This document shows, piece after piece, positions 20,001 through 25,334 of a DNA stretch of 32,000 nt (the stretch's first letter is position 1; each line of letters opens with the position of its first letter). Below the pieces are notes generated by a model, which saw only the letters and a program-made list of their open reading frames with translations, searched no databases and had not been told where the DNA came from. The stretch is from Candidatus Hadarchaeales archaeon. Its GTDB lineage: Archaea > Hadarchaeota > Hadarchaeia > Hadarchaeales > Hadarchaeaceae. Made by a program: the position numbers and the translations under genes. The stretch is taken from the NCBI GenBank assembly GCA_038823825.1, contig JAWBCC010000001.1, forward strand, positions 270,001-302,000. Reading direction: 5' to 3'.

Positions 20001-20455
20001 TCCAGTATAGAGTAATGTTTACAACGCAAAGCGAGTATGTTACACCAAGATTGAATAGGGTTTTGATATATTTTTCAGATGCCTCTCCGCCGAAGATTGT
20101 TTCTGCCACACCAAGGAGCGGTCAAACAGTTTTCTCTACTACACCTACTATCGAAATTGTACTTGATGACATCTCCGGAATTGATCAAGATTCAATAGTT
20201 CTGAAGGTCGATGGTCAGAAAGTGGATTTCTCTTATGATCCGGCAACGAAAACAGTCTGGTTTTTGCCGGACAAGGGGCTGTCAACGGGCGAACATGAAA
20301 TATTCATTTCTTTGCAGGACGGAGCTGGTAATCTGCTGGAGGAAAGATGGACGTTTTTGGTCAGCGTTGAAGAAGGTCTTCGAGTGGAGTGGATACTCGC
20401 AGCTTTAGTCGTTGCAATCTTAATTATCGTGTTTGTAATCAAGACCAAAAGGTAA
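14033..20455 (+). CDS. Giant (~2140 aa) secreted/membrane-anchored multidomain protein: signal peptide, six Kelch-like blades, lamin-tail domain, six more Kelch-like blades, beta-sandwich modules, Ig-like domain, TM hairpin, a second ectodomain with an Asp-box and an Ig-like domain, and a C-terminal TM anchor
   Basis: - Uninterrupted ORF. The track starts at GTG 14024; ATG 14033 gives MRKFPLLALVVFVFCHIIAFATS.
- Two sets of six repeats follow the pattern YIY.(x)GG....FWRY.(x)..N.WE.L (aa ~95-412 and ~755-1015).
- The LTD signature is VISEF...EFIEIYNPTSSDVDLTGWKIQY...HLRLVDNFGNVLDAVSYG (aa ~478-595).
- Hydrophobic segments lie at aa 1499-1526, 1533-1556 and 2122-2140.
- STNGGITWS is an Asp-box-like motif.
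- aa numbering follows the track ORF. Confidence 0.85.
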   Translation: MRKFPLLALVVFVFCHIIAFATSGETFIERDFSSPEIYLQGTEVVDGKVRLRIGPEQISDKLSLRLEKIGGDNWVSLENIESWADYDGKAMVGVKDEYGRSYIYVLWRKGSYSDAFRRYNVSANRWEVLSSPTESGLDVVKNGVCMAWDGGRYIYVMRGGAYSDFYRDFWRYDIKTNTWEILENTPWYQGAGNAMAWVRLDGKEYIYAIIGTTSSSAAAGRRGMVFARFNIAAWEMDPDNEPSKWEVIQWVGGYSRYGVSGTIPYGCDDGSSMVWTGDNYLYYLVGAYNETLSGLEESHFLRYHLKENRWEELAPIPYNGRPEDRSGVDDGGTIVWAGDYIYAVKGGDGAGHDYADNFYRYCISTNSWEKLANLPEGVGRRNGSRLAAIDGVVYFLRGHGSTGFWKYNPPLFSTAESFYSRVIDVGAETDWGKISWSYSKPDGIVESVFQTSDEPSALPDGSNRVGQIPIWYPADHPVISEFATRGPDNAYQEFIEIYNPTSSDVDLTGWKIQYRSVTGTSWYDRVVFPSGAKIPAYGFYLAVNGQGYPGGVIEGVQGDAQMTDTIADSGHLRLVDNFGNVLDAVSYGSGHNYTEEGPPAPNHGTTKNNKSVERRATPFSTIADMLVGGMHENLGNACDTNNNSFDFFVRPVRNPQNSLSAPEIPPTPMPLANYSQTFVLDGLFENISEKIVGQQSQVFLENQQTTIVLKGDNVSSPDLMNDEDGIYFEVFSVQSYITEENWENMAAWPGLLTNGAACYAENILSGRKYVYAHDTRHLYRYDIAADLWENIGPLPAQAFAGSGMVWTKDNYIYMTKGGYSLPNFWRYHIPENKWENLPNVPIDQRTGSCIAWDGGDKIYGIFQAVTDNALYVFSISDNSWTRLYTIVYGGTPRSPGSGSSLVAVGGYLYYAVGGMSQYWRYNIADNTWDRLAGAPGTWGAGGAQEVINENIIYAVGFGSPRVGFGRFIIPENRWVKMTDLPAAISNANDRLVFDGSFTYLVRAYGDNSFWRYPKLSYQYDISTESSLRLNLPPGYQVENLLIYLKFSSENGATYYLGIYNWITGTYSENSLRHIGDNTVENVLVVRVTGSEYVSSDNLIKIRIRSSEPIAHKLLADRLVAEIQVARNQYALRWGYVFSGLDNSYENAEIMILGFSDNDENIEISVWKNSTSNWVKLGVLPASPNFMSFKLSDLPDYLIGGENLFVKFEDSDSMDWTQTTIYIDYLAVRAVKSYGTSIVVEVRFGSDNDPTDEPFPPENWTDWIIFNVGDNLAFRSRYLQYRIQLFSTDFRFSPLVEVLEIEHLPLIYREGIFVSQPLLLGYVDSWGELKFDVDTPTDTSIEFFTRSSPDGFLWSEWEPLDSRNIRSPVYNCRYLQVKAILYGFGSLTPVLKEYSIEYVPDKTPPIVTVSEPRDGFVTTQDKIIVRGTVSDANPVRLEINGMPVIFEPGAFEKEVRLSPGQNVIRIVASDVAGNKREILIRGTMEMGQPIRPAVPPSTYFVAAMIVGGVIAGISLIYIFAPAFVKVVRKGNLVFLSLALVFPILFSGSAAALSTWEGSWVSDYNDFRFGEFENVASFTSGVLALQPEEYWGNDFAASYYYTEWTNLDSFEKKVSIRFVAQASKTLTGFMIYLYQTGTDLTWRFRLELDDGTGKPSGILAWSNAWQTLKVTSSKWWTVDLLSPGMLRKGETYHIVISWENFGVAPSSQDFINIRSLWPFNQTWINGLVTNNNRGVLIFDGSSWKDLGREPVYILNFSDKTYEGNPYYTLRTDAYEIGVFGDNAKGERFQTDLLRRVCGIEVYARKSGTPHDNLYLVLQRGASTLASVSVGDSTTIENRWGWVGALFDAPLSLSPAQYVVGLKSPGSTSGNRYDVCLLGTYSSSPHPDLTFSGTTACFVYSTNGGITWSTKSKMQDDIPFRFIESFKKSGIFTSRIFDAGDIMKWERLNWDGRILDGTSLVFQTRTSTDNVRWSPWEDVGPDSSITSPPGRYIQYRVMFTTQSEYVTPRLNRVLIYFSDASPPKIVSATPRSGQTVFSTTPTIEIVLDDISGIDQDSIVLKVDGQKVDFSYDPATKTVWFLPDKGLSTGEHEIFISLQDGAGNLLEERWTFLVSVEEGLRVEWILAALVVAILIIVFVIKTKR

Positions 20456-20457
20456 AA

Positions 20458-21732
20458 TCACATCCAGATCAAGTGGAGAAGCAGGTGACCGACGAGCACG
20501 GATGCGATCGTCGTTGGAACGCTTATCTTAAGATACTCTCTCAATTTTATCCTGTGTCCATGCTTTTCAAGAATTCCGACCGCAAAGACGTTTGCCGTGG
20601 CACCGACCGGGCTTATGTTTCCGCCAACGCCGGTTCCAATCAACATTCCAAAGAGGAACGGAAATGGGGAAACGCCTGTTACTTCTGCCAAGTGTTTACA
20701 GACCGGTATCATCAAGACCGTGTAGGGCACATTGTCCATGAACGAGGATATTGCGACAGACATCCAAGTGATCATCGCTAGCAAAAGTGTGGGACTTCCC
20801 GCGCTCACTCTGCTTATTCCGCCCGCGAAATCTTTGAGGAGTCCTATCTTGTCAACACCATTTATCACCAGGAATACACCAACAACAAAGAAAAATGAAT
20901 TCCAATCGAATTCCTTCATCATGGTGACAGATTTTTTGTGTGCAACGGCCAAGGAAATCAAACCAACAGCAAGTCCAGCAACTCCGGATGGTATTCCTAT
21001 TTTCTGACCGATTATGAGAAGAACGACTCCGAATGCTAGAATGAACGCGGGTAGGGGATTTATCTGGATTTCTTCTTCTTCAAGATGAGTTTTTTTCCTG
21101 AGTCTTTTTCCGATAACAAAATAGAGAGCGAGTAAGCCAGCAAGCACCCCGGCGACTGAGATAACCCCGATGCTGATCTTTCCTTGGAAGAGATAAAAAT
21201 CCCAAAACTTCATTCCAGTTTCTGCAGCGAGGATGATGGAAGGAGGATCTGCGACCATTGTTACCGTGGTTGACATGTTTGAAGATATTGCAACCGGCAC
21301 TAAGTAATAAAAAAGAGGTGTTCCAGTCTTTCTCGCAATTTCTATGAGGATTGGTGCCATGAGGAGAACAACTCCAACATTTTCGAGAAAGGCGGAAAGG
21401 AAAGCGGTTATTGCGCATAGAATTATGAGGGCAGACCCCTCACTGTCGGTTTTTCTGAGGAGATGGAAGGCGAGATATTTTGGGATCCCGCTGTCTGCAA
21501 AAATCATGGACAGCATCATGAAACCCCAATAAATCCCCAATACGTCCCATTTGATCGCGTCTACGATTTCTTTTGGTGAAGCGAGGTTTGAAAAGAGCAA
21601 GATGAGAGATATCGCTATGCCGGATGTTATCCCAATGTAAGCAATTTTCCATTTTCTTGTGATGGCGAACGCGTAACACAGAATGAAAATGATGAATGCC
21701 GAAATCTTGGCTATTTCCATTGGCTCACCCAA
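20458..21732 (-). CDS. Ion-transporter-superfamily permease (ArsB/NhaD / CitMHS-like)
   Basis: 424-aa polytopic membrane ORF. The track start is TTG 21732. ATG 21720, preceded by GGTGAG, is the more likely start (MEIAKISAFIIF...). It has two homologous halves with LENVGVVLLMAPI and FMDNVPYTVLMIP hairpin-like motifs typical of the family. Substrate not inferable. Confidence 0.75.
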   Translation of the reverse strand: MGEPMEIAKISAFIIFILCYAFAITRKWKIAYIGITSGIAISLILLFSNLASPKEIVDAIKWDVLGIYWGFMMLSMIFADSGIPKYLAFHLLRKTDSEGSALIILCAITAFLSAFLENVGVVLLMAPILIEIARKTGTPLFYYLVPVAISSNMSTTVTMVADPPSIILAAETGMKFWDFYLFQGKISIGVISVAGVLAGLLALYFVIGKRLRKKTHLEEEEIQINPLPAFILAFGVVLLIIGQKIGIPSGVAGLAVGLISLAVAHKKSVTMMKEFDWNSFFFVVGVFLVINGVDKIGLLKDFAGGISRVSAGSPTLLLAMITWMSVAISSFMDNVPYTVLMIPVCKHLAEVTGVSPFPFLFGMLIGTGVGGNISPVGATANVFAVGILEKHGHRIKLREYLKISVPTTIASVLVGHLLLHLIWM

Positions 21733-21763
21733 TCTTTGACCAGTATTTTAAGCTCATTTGCAC

Positions 21764-22714
21764 TTAAATCGCTCCCAGTCCTATCACGTAAAGAAGGAAA
21801 AGACAAATCACGACTAGGGGTATTAAGTTCTGCATTTTTGATTCGAATTTTTCCGCGTCTTCTACTTTTCCAGACTCAACTAGTCTCATAGCTTGCACGG
21901 AGACCAGGAGATTGTAAAGGAAGAGAGAATATATTACCAGCATTATTCTGTCAAAAAGAGTGAGATAGCCAAGCGCTGGAAGACCACTCAGCGCGGCCAG
22001 ATGATATGCTACGGCCGACATAAGTGTTGTTACGCAGATACTCACTCTCTGACCAAAGTTTTTGACGGAAATTGAAAACGAAAGCAGGGAAATCAGGGTA
22101 ATGATGATTATTGGAAATATCGTTTTGAAAAGGGCGGAAATCTTAGAGCGAAAAACTGTGACACCGAAGGCGAACGTTGAGAAGTTTTCATCCGGATAAA
22201 CGTGCTCGCTTACTCGGCACCTAAAATCCTTTACTTCCCATCCGGGCACTTGTAGGTTTGGATCAAGTCCGCTTTCTTCCAAATCAGGTTCGAAAACCAA
22301 TTGTGAAATACCTTTTTGTTTGTCTTCGATTTCTACTTGCAAAAGATGCTCATCGAATGGAAAGTTTCTGAAATTTAGGGAGCCGATATATGTCCCTTTT
22401 ACTCTGTATTCGATGTAATTTTCATTTTCTCTTTCTTCTTTCGTCACTAGCTCTATCCTTGAAGGAGCGCCACGCAAGAACTCTATATTCGGTTCTACGT
22501 CTTTGTATTTGAACCATATGTAGAAATCTATCGTAAAAGTTTGGGATGGGACGTCCACTTTTTCTATCGCATTGATCCACACTCCGACTTTCACAACGGA
22601 CGGATTCGTTTGTGATGTGTCCTTATTGTCCGCTACTTGTCCATATACATTCATACTGTTGAGCACTACTAAGGATGTGGCCAGAATTATTGCAAGAGCG
22701 AGGTGTCTTTTCAT
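21764..22714 (-). CDS. Pentameric ligand-gated ion channel homologue (prokaryotic Cys-loop-less pLGIC, GLIC/ELIC-like)
   Basis: - 316-317 aa (GTG 22717 or ATG 22714), with a signal peptide.
- The beta-rich ectodomain carries VKVGVWINAIEKVDVPSQTFTIDFYIWFKYKD (beta1-beta2) and the hallmark loop LNFRNFPFDEHLLQVEIE (FPFD at 22352-22363).
- VPGWEV precedes three closely spaced TM helices. The M2 region is GQRVSICVTTLMSAVAYHLAALSGLP.
- A short M3-M4 loop and a fourth TM helix follow.
- It aligns block by block with my recollection of GLIC. Confidence 0.8.
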   Translation of the reverse strand: MKRHLALAIILATSLVVLNSMNVYGQVADNKDTSQTNPSVVKVGVWINAIEKVDVPSQTFTIDFYIWFKYKDVEPNIEFLRGAPSRIELVTKEERENENYIEYRVKGTYIGSLNFRNFPFDEHLLQVEIEDKQKGISQLVFEPDLEESGLDPNLQVPGWEVKDFRCRVSEHVYPDENFSTFAFGVTVFRSKISALFKTIFPIIIITLISLLSFSISVKNFGQRVSICVTTLMSAVAYHLAALSGLPALGYLTLFDRIMLVIYSLFLYNLLVSVQAMRLVESGKVEDAEKFESKMQNLIPLVVICLFLLYVIGLGAI

Positions 22715-22807
22715 CACAGAATATAGACATAGTGGATTTTTATTGTTTGCTTTTTGTCATACAGTTAGCAACAGATTCTGGCATAAGAATGAATTCTCGT
22801 GTGGTAT

Positions 22808-22900
22808 TGGCGGGCCCGGTGGGATTTGAACCCACGACTACCCGGTTTCCCCCGTGGTGGTCCGAAGCCGGGCATCCTGTCCTGGCTGGATCACGGGCCC
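22808..22900 (-). tRNA. Intron-containing tRNA, most likely tRNA-Arg(UCG), with genomically encoded CCA
   Basis: - Minus-strand sequence: GGGCCCG-TG-ATCC-AGCCAGGACA-GGAT-G-CCCGG-CTTCGG[ACCACCACGGGGGAA]A-CCGGG-TAGTC-GTGGG-TTCAAAT-CCCAC-CGGGCCC-G-CCA.
- It folds into a perfect 7-bp acceptor stem, 4-bp D stem, 5-bp anticodon stem and 5-bp T stem, with a GTTCAAATC T-loop.
- A 15-nt insertion sits at the canonical 37/38 intron position.
- The anticodon assignment depends on the exact intron boundaries. Confidence 0.8.
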
Positions 22901-23156
22901 CTAACTTAACTACTCCTTAAGGGTTGAAAATCTATTCCTATGGGGCGGGTGCGCACGCGTGAATTCTCATCTTTTCGGTTGTTTTGAGTACACAGCTGTG
23001 AACTTCACACCACGTAAAGTCAAATAGGACAACTTCACAAAAAACTGAAAAATCTCTTCTCATTTACTCCGAGGAAAGCTGGGGAAAATTGGAGAAATTT
23101 GAAATCCCTGGGAAGAGCTTTAAGTGAAGAGATTTTCACTGATTCAAATTTGAGTT

Positions 23157-23192
23157 AAAAAAGGTCTGCAGTGCACAGCTGTGAACTCTCAC
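23157..23192 (-). terminator. Putative terminator of the ribosomal-protein operon
   Basis: Downstream of the S8 stop, the minus strand reads GTTCACAGCTGTGCACTGCAGACC followed by TTTTTT (23162-23157). Two short palindromes (CACAGCTGTG, CTGCAG) precede an oligo-T tract, which is the usual archaeal termination signal. Confidence 0.45.
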
Positions 23193-23204
23193 CATTCAAA
23201 CAAT

Positions 23205-23591
23205 TCAGTAAACGTAGGCTAGGAGCTTCCCGCCTAGGCCCAGATCTTTAGCCTCTTTATGCGTCATCAATCCTTTAGATGTTGTCATTATCAATATACC
23301 CATCTCCGCAGCCGGTAGAAATCTCTTTTCCCAACTTTCAAGTTCCTTATTTTTAACCGAATATCTTGGTTTTATTGGTCCACAGGCGTTTATTTTCCCA
23401 GACAGTAAAACTCTGGCTTTTGGCTTATCTTCTTTTAGGATTTCGAAATCTTTAATGTATCCTTCTCTTTTCATTATCTCAAGACTTTGGATTATCAGCT
23501 TCGACACTGGAGTGATCACGACTTCCTTCTTCCTAGCTCGCTCCGCATTCATAATTTTCGACAGAGCATTGGACAGAGGATCTAAAAGCAT
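23205..23591 (-). CDS. rps8: 30S ribosomal protein S8 (uS8)
   Basis: 128-aa ORF MLLDPLSNALSKIMNAERARKKEV...GGKLLAYVY, in the canonical position after S14. Confidence 0.95.
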   Translation of the reverse strand: MLLDPLSNALSKIMNAERARKKEVVITPVSKLIIQSLEIMKREGYIKDFEILKEDKPKARVLLSGKINACGPIKPRYSVKNKELESWEKRFLPAAEMGILIMTTSKGLMTHKEAKDLGLGGKLLAYVY

Positions 23592-23601
23592 CTATCCCAC
23601 C

Positions 23602-23754
23602 TCAGCTATATTTTCTGAAACCCATTTTTGGGGCCAGCTCCCGGAAACACTTTCTACAAAGAAGTAACCCATGACACTGGTAAACTTTCCTATATCTACC
23701 GCAAACTTTACACCGCCTTGCTCCTTTTCCGAATTTTCGCTCCTTTTTCTCCAC
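23602..23754 (-). CDS. rps14: 30S ribosomal protein S14 type Z (uS14)
   Basis: Below the ORF-track size cutoff. Manual translation from GTG 23754 gives (M)[49 protein letters not shown] (50 aa), with the CxxC...CxxC zinc ribbon. It starts 3 nt after the L5 stop and ends 10 nt before the S8 ATG. Confidence 0.9.
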   Translation of the reverse strand: MEKKERKFGKGARRCKVCGRYRKVYQCHGLLLCRKCFRELAPKMGFRKYS

Positions 23755-23756
23755 GG

Positions 23757-24266
23757 TTAATCCACCACCTTTACATTAAATTTCTTGCTTATGAATTCTA
23801 TCGCCTCTTCCTTCGTTACTCTGTGGCTCTTTGGAATCGCTCTGGCTAGTCTCTTACGATCTCTTATCCGATATCCTGGTCTGCAAAGACTCACACAAAC
23901 GTCTAACCCAAAGATACCAACTTCCGGATTATATTTACATCCAGGTATGTCAATATGTTCTTTTATTCCAAAAGAAAAGTTTCCCTTATCATCAAATGAG
24001 GATGCTTTTATCCTTCTGTCCACAGCATAGAGAAGCCTGTCGAGAACTTCTTCCGCAATCTTTCCTCTGAGCGTCACCTTACATCCGATGGGAGCTCCTC
24101 TCTTGATATTCCACTCCCTCACAGTCTTTTTAGCCAGAGTTCTGATGGGATTTCTTCCCGTTATTTCCTTTAGAATTCTCTCAGCGTTTGCCAGTCTATC
24201 ACCCCCCTCACCAACTCCGATATTGAGAACAACCTTCTCTATTCTGACTTCTCTCATAGAATTCAT
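23757..24266 (-). CDS. rpl5: 50S ribosomal protein L5 (uL5)
   Basis: 169-aa ORF with [19 protein letters not shown] and conserved operon position. Confidence 0.95.
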   Translation of the reverse strand: MNSMREVRIEKVVLNIGVGEGGDRLANAERILKEITGRNPIRTLAKKTVREWNIKRGAPIGCKVTLRGKIAEEVLDRLLYAVDRRIKASSFDDKGNFSFGIKEHIDIPGCKYNPEVGIFGLDVCVSLCRPGYRIRDRKRLARAIPKSHRVTKEEAIEFISKKFNVKVVD

Positions 24267-24979
24267 GCTGCAACACCCACGTCTACAAGGGGTTTCTCAT
24301 CACCGAGCACAAACACATAGTTTACGGATGTTTCTATTTTTTCTCCGTTAGTCGAAAGTCTAACAGTTTTGGTTTCTTTTTTTATCTCCTCTATTCTTCC
24401 GATTTTACCCGTATGTTGTCCATCCGTCACAACCGCAAGTTTGTTTTCAGAGAGTGGAATGTGCTTTAGGAGCTCTCCATCCGGAACCGAAAGCTCAATG
24501 ACATCCCCGATCCCAATATCTTTCAAATCTCCAACAATATTTCTTCCATCATGCATAGTGAGTTGAATTTTTCCTCCACGAACGCACTGTTTTTTTACAA
24601 CTTTGCAAAGCTTCTTACCGGCTTCTTCTTTGTTGGTTTCCAATAGCTTCAGCCTTCCAAGTTCATCGATAAAAACACGATATGTTTTGTTTATGTCAGG
24701 AATCTCCAAAATATCCATAAATCCAACCGGAAATCTTGGATCTCTTCTTACCACACCATCCACAATCACTTTGCCAGAGAATATGATTCTGTCGGCTTCT
24801 TTCGCTGTTCCCGCTAATTTCAGGTAATCTCGAACTATTATTCGAAGAGGAATAGACTTATCCACAGGATGTGGACCGGGTATCGGTTTCGTCAACCATT
24901 TGCTTGATTTAACGGGCAACCTCATTACCGGTGGCATTGAATAGCGTTTGATCTGTTTTCTTCCACCCATCTTTGCCAT
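24263..24979 (-). CDS. rps4e: 30S ribosomal protein S4e (eS4)
   Basis: 238-aa ORF with GPHPVDKSIPLRIIVRDYLKLA and FPVGFMDILEI. It overlaps the L5 start by 4 nt. Confidence 0.95.
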   Translation of the reverse strand: MAKMGGRKQIKRYSMPPVMRLPVKSSKWLTKPIPGPHPVDKSIPLRIIVRDYLKLAGTAKEADRIIFSGKVIVDGVVRRDPRFPVGFMDILEIPDINKTYRVFIDELGRLKLLETNKEEAGKKLCKVVKKQCVRGGKIQLTMHDGRNIVGDLKDIGIGDVIELSVPDGELLKHIPLSENKLAVVTDGQHTGKIGRIEEIKKETKTVRLSTNGEKIETSVNYVFVLGDEKPLVDVGVAA

Positions 24980-24983
24980 TCTC

Positions 24984-25331
24984 TCACCTCTTCAGGATTT
25001 TCTCCCTCCATTTATCCTGCGCAAGCTCTATAATCATCACGTTGGAAGGATGCACGGGTCTAGGAACCGCAGTCCCGTCAGCTTTTGTGACGGTTACCCC
25101 CTCTACGTATATTCTACCTTTTTTCCGATCTACCCTTGTGACATTACCCTCATGATTTTTGAAATCTCCACGCAGAATTCTAACTTTGTCACCCTTTCTT
25201 ACGGGAAGACTCCTCTTTCCAAACTTTTCAGCAAGTTCTCTAGCCAAATGTGCGCTTACAAATTTTTTTCTCGCGTGAACCGGCGCAGAATGGATTCTCT
25301 TTCTTTGTTTTCTCGGCTTCTTGCTAACCAT
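24984..25331 (-). CDS. rpl24: 50S ribosomal protein L24 (uL24)
   Basis: 115-aa ORF with a KOW motif region: VRKGDKVRILRGDFKNHEGNVTRVDRKKGRIYVEG. Confidence 0.95.
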   Translation of the reverse strand: MVSKKPRKQRKRIHSAPVHARKKFVSAHLARELAEKFGKRSLPVRKGDKVRILRGDFKNHEGNVTRVDRKKGRIYVEGVTVTKADGTAVPRPVHPSNVMIIELAQDKWREKILKR

Positions 25332-25334
25332 ACT

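Noticed and set aside
20389-21007. Plus-strand ORFs (130 aa and 91 aa) at and beyond the giant ORF stop
   Set aside because: They are antisense to the polytopic permease gene. The translations have no TM or domain features and would overlap two better-supported genes.
22572-22920. Two plus-strand ORFs (85 and 81 aa) overlapping the pLGIC 5' end and the tRNA
   Set aside because: They read straight through a tRNA gene and the pLGIC promoter on the wrong strand, with no coding features.
22988-23194. The two CACAGCTGTGAACT copies as a CRISPR array, or as att sites of an element integrated at the tRNA
   Set aside because: There are only two copies of a 14-nt core, so this is not a CRISPR array. 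There is no integrase or other mobile-element gene nearby, and the repeat does not match the tRNA 3' end beyond a weak TGAAC..CAC resemblance. The 182-nt interval is too small for an element.
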